DNA of 44,644 nucleotides from a virus (Duplodnaviria; Heunggongvirae; Uroviricota; Caudoviricetes): IMG/VR virus record IMGVR_UViG_2568526230_000009; one strand, 5' to 3'. Shown piece by piece: positions 39,090 to 44,644 of this stretch (position 1 is its first letter; each line of letters starts with the position of its first letter). The notes under the pieces were generated by a model. It saw only the letters and a program-made list of their open reading frames with translations, ran no database searches and was not told where the DNA came from. The position numbers and the translations under genes were made by a program.

Positions 39090-41306
39090 ATGACCATTTT
39101 TAACGGCTTGTTAGAAGCGAAAAAAGGCGCGCTCAAAAACGGCGCGATCCCGGCGCTGGCCATCGCCATCGCCGCCCCTAACAAAAAAGTTGCCGAGAAC
39201 ATCATCATCGGCAAATTGTGGGAAGCCTACCCTGACCACGGCGACAACTATTTCAAACCTAAAATCTGGGAAGATGCCCCGGGCCAACCGCGCCCAGGCG
39301 TCGGTGAGTTTGATGAGACGTTTGCCACAGAACACAGTTTTGATGGCGAAAAATGGGTAGTTAACACTCCTGTTGATTCAGATTGCAGTTCAGCAGATAT
39401 CTCACAGGTTAGCGACCTGATGAAACTGCCGGCTCGTGAACGATTCGCCGCCGTTCTGCTGTTCAGCCACGACGCCAACGAAGTCGACAGTGAATTGCTT
39501 GTGCAGACGCGTGAATACCTGGAGATGCTCGATAACAGTGATACTGACAGTGAGGATGAGGTTGACGCGTTTAACCGCATCGTTCTTGATGCCATGGTGG
39601 CGTGTAAGCCCATCGAGTACATGCATATTGCTGGATTGAATAATCTGGTACATGCAATTTTGGCAAGTTGCGATACCCAGGAACAAAACCCGACCAGTTG
39701 GACTATCTCCAAATTTATAAAAAAATGGGTAGAGAATCCCGGTAAACGAGATGAAATGCTGCCGGAGGTAAAACCAGAAACAGCATCCGCACGTCCTTAC
39801 AAACAGACTCACGCCACTCTGGATCGTGAAATTGCCTGCGCCCTGTTACCTGTTGCCCCGGAAAAAATCACCCCCAGCATCCTGAAAGCGGCAGACGAAA
39901 TAATCAGTCAGGACAGGGAAGATTTTAAACGCTGGTCAATGGCCTTGCGCACAACGGATCAGATCCTTGCCTATGACCGCGCATCAGTATTCGGTGTTAT
40001 TCAGAGCGCCCCCGCAAAAGACACGTACCACTTCCCACAATCCCTGCGCAGTCACATCGACAACTGGCTGCAAGCTAACGGGCAGCGTGATGCAAATGCT
40101 GTTGAAGAGAAGCCAAAGGAAGCAGCACCCAAGGATGATGTAAAAGTCACCAACCACGGCGGCGGACGATTCTCAATTGATGGGATGATGTCAGAAACAC
40201 CCTCAAATCAGGGCGAAAAAAGCGAAGCTGCAAATGCTGGAGAACGTAGTTTGCAGCAGTTGCGTGAGCAGTTTGTCACGCCTCGCCATGTGTATGACGT
40301 ACCTGAAAATAACGCCGTATCACAGAGGGAACCTGCAGCTATTACCCTGGCAGAAGAGACTCCTCCACAAGAACAACTTAGCGAGCAGGTAAAGGATCTG
40401 GTGCAGAACGTTGACGCGCTGGTTGAGCGGATCCATGCCGAAGAGCACAAGCGGCAGAATGCAATCTCAGCTATCGAAACGGAGTTAAAGGACTCAGATG
40501 ACACGGATAACCTGGCATTGTGGAAGAACGTATTCAAAACCGATGAGCGCTTCACCAGTGCTTTCTCTCAGAATGGCGGCGGCACATCCATCAACGGCAC
40601 TTATATAGCGATGAAAGCGACTCGCGAATTTGGGCCATTTGGTATTGGCTGGGGGGTAGAGGTGCTGGAGGAGCGCTTTGATAAAGGCGCACCAATAGTT
40701 CGCAAAAAACAGGTTGGTGAAAAAATAGAATGGGATCTGATTCAAGACGGTGTTGGCGGGTACCTATGTGAAATGCACCACACCATGAAAGTGAGAGTCT
40801 GGTACATATTGAATGGGGTACGCGGTGAGTCCGAGGCTTACGGATGCACACCTTATATCTACGACACTAAATACGGACCAACAAGCGACGGCGAAGCACC
40901 GAAGAAATCCTGGACGGATGCTGTTAAGAAAGCGCTATCCCCTCTCGGATTCAGCGCCGATATTTTCATGGGCCTGTACGACAATCCGGAATACCGCCAG
41001 AGGAATAAAGCTGAGTTTGATATCAAGAATGCCAGCGAGAATGCGGAAGATGCTACCCGTCTGCGTAAGGAACTGGATGAGAAGCTTATCAACGTTGCCA
41101 ATACGCTGGCCGCCGCGGTAACCGCCAACGAAGTAAACAAGGTATTTGGCCTCATCGCCCGCGAAGTGGATGTACACAGGAAAGCAGCGGAAACCAAAGG
41201 CGATAAAGAATATTCATCGTATCTGGGATCACGTCTGCGCCGTATCACCGACATTAAAACTGAACGCCTCGCCGCCCTTACCGCTGCACAGGAGCAAACA
41301 GCATGA
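39090..41306 (+). CDS. Large protein with C-terminal Rad52-family single-strand annealing domain
   Basis: 738 aa; TREFGPFGIGWGVEV and KKSWTDAVKKALSPLGFSADIFMGLYDNPEY resemble Rad52 motifs as recalled; N-terminal ~500 aa acidic and unassigned. Confidence 0.5.
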   Translation: MTIFNGLLEAKKGALKNGAIPALAIAIAAPNKKVAENIIIGKLWEAYPDHGDNYFKPKIWEDAPGQPRPGVGEFDETFATEHSFDGEKWVVNTPVDSDCSSADISQVSDLMKLPARERFAAVLLFSHDANEVDSELLVQTREYLEMLDNSDTDSEDEVDAFNRIVLDAMVACKPIEYMHIAGLNNLVHAILASCDTQEQNPTSWTISKFIKKWVENPGKRDEMLPEVKPETASARPYKQTHATLDREIACALLPVAPEKITPSILKAADEIISQDREDFKRWSMALRTTDQILAYDRASVFGVIQSAPAKDTYHFPQSLRSHIDNWLQANGQRDANAVEEKPKEAAPKDDVKVTNHGGGRFSIDGMMSETPSNQGEKSEAANAGERSLQQLREQFVTPRHVYDVPENNAVSQREPAAITLAEETPPQEQLSEQVKDLVQNVDALVERIHAEEHKRQNAISAIETELKDSDDTDNLALWKNVFKTDERFTSAFSQNGGGTSINGTYIAMKATREFGPFGIGWGVEVLEERFDKGAPIVRKKQVGEKIEWDLIQDGVGGYLCEMHHTMKVRVWYILNGVRGESEAYGCTPYIYDTKYGPTSDGEAPKKSWTDAVKKALSPLGFSADIFMGLYDNPEYRQRNKAEFDIKNASENAEDATRLRKELDEKLINVANTLAAAVTANEVNKVFGLIAREVDVHRKAAETKGDKEYSSYLGSRLRRITDIKTERLAALTAAQEQTA

Positions 41307-41872
41307 GCACTGCTATCGCTATTGCAAAAGAATATGCCAGTCTGATTGACCTGTTAGAAACCGCCGATGAACTGACGCCAGAGATGATCGCCGACACGCT
41401 TGAAGGCATGGAAGGAGAACTGGGAGACAAACTGGACGCCATGATGGTCATCTGCCGTAATTTACAGGGCAATGCCAATACCTGCGCTGAAGAAATGTCT
41501 CGCCTGGCAACCCGTAAGACGTCCTTTGAAGGCAAGGAAAAAGCAATTCGAAAGCATATGCTCACCTGCCTGCAAGCTGCTGGCCTGGATAAACTGAAAA
41601 CCGCAAAAAACACATTTACTGATGCACAGGGGGCTATCCGGGTAATTATCGATAGCAAAGATAAGATCCCGGATGAGTATGAGGGCGTGTCACTTGTTGA
41701 TGTAGAAACGGTTATTACACCAAACAAGCGAGCCATTAAAGAAGTGATTGAATCTGCGGAGGCGGTTGCCGCCGAAATACTGGCGCGTGGAGAAACACCA
41801 CCAGCCGAGTTATTAAACCCGGTACCAGGCGCACATCTGGAACGCGGCGAACGGTCACTGAGGATACGCTAA
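41303..41872 (+). CDS. Recombination-associated protein (Gp157-like, putative)
   Basis: 189 aa, coupled to the SSAP gene. Confidence 0.35.
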   Translation: MSTAIAIAKEYASLIDLLETADELTPEMIADTLEGMEGELGDKLDAMMVICRNLQGNANTCAEEMSRLATRKTSFEGKEKAIRKHMLTCLQAAGLDKLKTAKNTFTDAQGAIRVIIDSKDKIPDEYEGVSLVDVETVITPNKRAIKEVIESAEAVAAEILARGETPPAELLNPVPGAHLERGERSLRIR

Positions 41873-42054
41873 TGCTTAAACTCACATTAAAGCGTGGTGA
41901 CGCGGTTCACCTGGTACTTGCCGATGGTACCAATGGCATTATTGAAGCACGGAGCCGCTGCGAACTTGGGCTACACCTGCCAGAAAACATTAAGGTCACT
42001 CGGGAGAAATCGGCATTCACCCCACAAGAACTGATTACGCCTAATCAGAAATAA
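41872..42054 (+). CDS. Small protein with weak CsrA-like pattern
   Basis: 60 aa; MLKLTLKRGD...GLHLPENIKVTREK compared with CsrA from memory. Confidence 0.25.
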   Translation: MLKLTLKRGDAVHLVLADGTNGIIEARSRCELGLHLPENIKVTREKSAFTPQELITPNQK

Positions 42055-42103
42055 AAACTCACCATCGCTAGCATTGCGATTCACCAGACACCGGAGGATC
42101 ACA

Positions 42104-42328
42104 ATGCTGCGATGGCAACCGGGAGCAACTCTGCTCTCCGCATTTGATATCAAAATTGGTCGACTGTCGGCCAGCGTCAGGAAACAGACTTTGACCGAGT
42201 CTGATATTGCCCGTGCCTGCCAGAAGGCAGATGACGCAATAAGCTACATAATGAGGAAAGACCATGAAAAGCGATCACGACATAATCACCAGAGAAGAAA
42301 TGGTCGAGCTGACGGGAAGCCCACTTAA
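42104..42328 (+). CDS. Hypothetical protein (start moved to ATG)
   Basis: Track start 42074 is TTG; ATG at 42104 has GGAGG 6 nt upstream. Confidence 0.3.
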   Translation: MLRWQPGATLLSAFDIKIGRLSASVRKQTLTESDIARACQKADDAISYIMRKDHEKRSRHNHQRRNGRADGKPT

Positions 42329-42527
42329 ATCAAAGCAATGTGAGGCTCTTCGCCGGGCTGGAATTTTCTTCATGGAAAGGGCTGACGGACACCCAAAAAC
42401 AACCTGGGGCCATTTCATGAACCCAATAAAATTTCGCAATTTACAGGAGGTGACGACGCGAAAAGATGATGAACCTGATTTTGGAGCAATATTTAATGGC
42501 CGGAAAGAGAAAGAACCCAGCAGATAA
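42264..42527 (+). CDS. Excisionase-like DNA-binding protein (putative)
   Basis: 87 aa immediately upstream of and overlapping int. Confidence 0.35.
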   Translation: MKSDHDIITREEMVELTGSPLKSKQCEALRRAGIFFMERADGHPKTTWGHFMNPIKFRNLQEVTTRKDDEPDFGAIFNGRKEKEPSR

Positions 42528-43512
42528 CTGGATGCCGCCTCGTGTTTACCAGGGCAAAGCGGCCTACGAATTCAGGAATAAAGATAACAAAGCGATACGC
42601 CTGTGCGCATTGGATGCACCACGATCAGCCGTATGGCTGGCATATGAAAAAGCGGTCGGTGACGAAAAAGAAAGAAATACTTTTCAGGCGCTCACGGAAC
42701 AATTCATGACCTCCCCTGATTTTATGGATTTGGCAGTCGAAACCCGGAAAGACTACACAAAATATTCCGGAAAAGTTCTGCCTGTCTTCGGGAAGATCGA
42801 CCCGGATAAAATCAAACCTGAACATATTCGGCGCTATATGGATCAACGCGGTTTATCAAGCCGAACTCAGGCAAACAGGGAAAAAAGCTTTATGTCCCGG
42901 GTATTCCGTTGGGGTTATGAACGAGGTTATGTTCAGAGGAATCCTTGTCAGGGAGTTAAACAGTTTAAAGAGAAAGCTCGCGAACGTTATATTACGGATG
43001 AAGAATATCAGGCCGTTTATGAAGTGTCTCCTGATGTTGTTCGCGTAGCAATGGAGATTGCCTACTTATGCGTGGCCAGACAGAGTGATGTACTTTCATT
43101 GCAGAAAGACCAGCTGTTCGATTCCGGGATCTACATTCGTCAGGGAAAAACCGGCGTTAAGCAAATCAAAGCCTGGTCGCCTCGTCTGCAGAAAGCGATA
43201 GCTCTGGCTCGTTCTCTGCCATTAAAAACGGGAATCAGTAGCCTGTTTGTGATTCATCAAACTACCGGTGGCAAGTATACCCGTGATGGTTTTAACTCTC
43301 GTTGGCGTGATGTCAAAGCGGCAGCACAGGAAAAATATCCTCATCTGCAAATAGACTTCACATTTCATGATCTGAAAGCAAAAGGTATCTCTGATCTGGA
43401 AGGCAGCCTGGAAGAGAAGCAAGCAATTTCCGGGCATAAGAACCCGCGACAGACAGCAGCATATGACCGGAAAGTTAAAGTAGTGCCCGTAGTTGGTGGC
43501 CAGAGAAAATGA
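42466..43512 (+). CDS. int: Phage integrase (tyrosine recombinase)
   Basis: 348 aa next to tRNA-Leu; C-terminal catalytic-like region (HDLKAKGISD...SGHKNPRQTAAYDR). Confidence 0.8.
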   Translation: MMNLILEQYLMAGKRKNPADNWMPPRVYQGKAAYEFRNKDNKAIRLCALDAPRSAVWLAYEKAVGDEKERNTFQALTEQFMTSPDFMDLAVETRKDYTKYSGKVLPVFGKIDPDKIKPEHIRRYMDQRGLSSRTQANREKSFMSRVFRWGYERGYVQRNPCQGVKQFKEKARERYITDEEYQAVYEVSPDVVRVAMEIAYLCVARQSDVLSLQKDQLFDSGIYIRQGKTGVKQIKAWSPRLQKAIALARSLPLKTGISSLFVIHQTTGGKYTRDGFNSRWRDVKAAAQEKYPHLQIDFTFHDLKAKGISDLEGSLEEKQAISGHKNPRQTAAYDRKVKVVPVVGGQRK

Positions 43513-43574
43513 ATGATGATGCGTCCAGAGAAAAATCATCTTCGGACGCATCTTCGGAAATGAGAAAGAAGATA

Positions 43575-43599
43575 CAAAAAAACCACCCGAAGGTGGTTT
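43575..43599 (-). terminator. Intrinsic terminator downstream of leuZ
   Basis: Minus strand reads ACCACCTTCGGGTGG followed by TTTTTTT. Confidence 0.6.
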
Positions 43600-43642
43600 C
43601 ACGACACTGCTTATTGCTTTGATTTTATTCTTATCTTTCCCA

Positions 43643-43729
43643 TGGTACCCGGAGCGGGACTTGAACCCGCACAGCGCGAACGCCGAGGGATTTTAAATCC
43701 CTTGTGTCTACCGATTCCACCATCCGGGC
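43643..43729 (-). tRNA. leuZ: tRNA-Leu (anticodon UAA)
   Basis: 87 nt; reverse complement matches E. coli leuZ as recalled, ending GGGTACCA. Confidence 0.9.
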
Positions 43730-43741
43730 TCGGGAAAAAAG

Positions 43742-43815
43742 TGGAGGCGCGTTCCGGAGTCGAACCGGACTAGACGGATTTGCAATCCGCTACATAACCG
43801 CTTTGTTAACGCGCC
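43742..43815 (-). tRNA. cysT: tRNA-Cys (GCA)
   Basis: 74 nt; reverse complement matches E. coli tRNA-Cys as recalled. Confidence 0.9.
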
Positions 43816-43868
43816 AAATTCTTCAGGCCTTTCAGCCAGACATCCGCTGACGCCGATGCCTTTTAAAC

Positions 43869-43944
<76 letters not shown>

Positions 43945-44095
43945 ATTCATCAAGCAATCAGTTAATCACTTGATTTTATTATCGTCTGGCAATCAGTGCC
44001 GCCGTTCGATGCGTTGCATTCTACTTACCTGGCGCGATGAGTCAACGATATTTTTCACCACTTTTGATCGTTTGCTGAAAATTGCGCCGAAACGA

Positions 44096-44644
44096 TCACT
44101 GATCAAGCAAATCTGCACGCGCAGCGCTCAAATATTGCAACATTGACCACAGAGTCAGTACCGCAGCCACAAAGAAAAGTGCAATACCGGCGTACTCAAC
44201 CCAAATATTCGGACGCCACAGCAGCCATGCCAACGCCACCATCTGGGCAGTGGTTTTCACTTTTCCAATCCAGGAGACAGCCACGCTACTGCGTTTACCC
44301 AACTCCGCCATCCATTCGCGTAGCGCAGAAATAATAATTTCACGGGCGATCATCGTTGCTGCCGGTAAGGTCACCCACCAGCTGTGGTAATGCTCGGTTA
44401 CCAGCACCATGGCGATAGCCACGAGAACTTTATCTGCGACAGGGTCAAGGAAAGCACCAAACCGGGTACTCTGATTCCAGCGGCGTGCCAGAAAACCATC
44501 GAACCAGTCAGTCACCGCCGCGACGCAGAAAATGAGCGCGGCGGCAAACGGCGACCAGGTGACAGGCAAATAAAAGACCAATACAAAGAATGGGATAAGG
44601 ATGACACGGAACAGTGTAAGCAACGTAGGGATATTAAATTGCAT
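44096..44644 (-). CDS. pgsA: CDP-diacylglycerol--glycerol-3-phosphate 3-phosphatidyltransferase
   Basis: 182 aa matching E. coli PgsA as recalled ([24 protein letters not shown]), immediately upstream of glyW-cysT-leuZ. Confidence 0.9.

Overview
The window holds about 43 kb of a prophage next to the host tRNA cluster leuZ-cysT-glyW and pgsA (43.6-44.6 kb), with a tyrosine integrase abutting leuZ. The phage is a mosaic: P2-like contractile-tail genes (0-11.5 kb), lambda-like head and packaging genes (11.5-19.3 kb), a lysis cassette with Q-type antiterminator (20-22.4 kb), a lambdoid replication/immunity region (32.4-37.7 kb) and a recombination/xis/int arm (38.7-43.5 kb), all read from sequence and recalled protein families without database searches. 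The most interesting part is a 9 kb cargo region (22.4-31.3 kb) carrying an ISL3-type transposase, a ClbS/DfsB-like protein, an HTH + ImmA/IrrE-like metallopeptidase + membrane protein operon, and a low-GC insert bracketed by an ~85 bp direct repeat. The prophage looks defective: the major capsid gene has an in-frame TAA and the tail gene D is split across two frames. The ORF track uses non-ATG starts in places, so a few starts were moved to the first ATG with a Shine-Dalgarno sequence.
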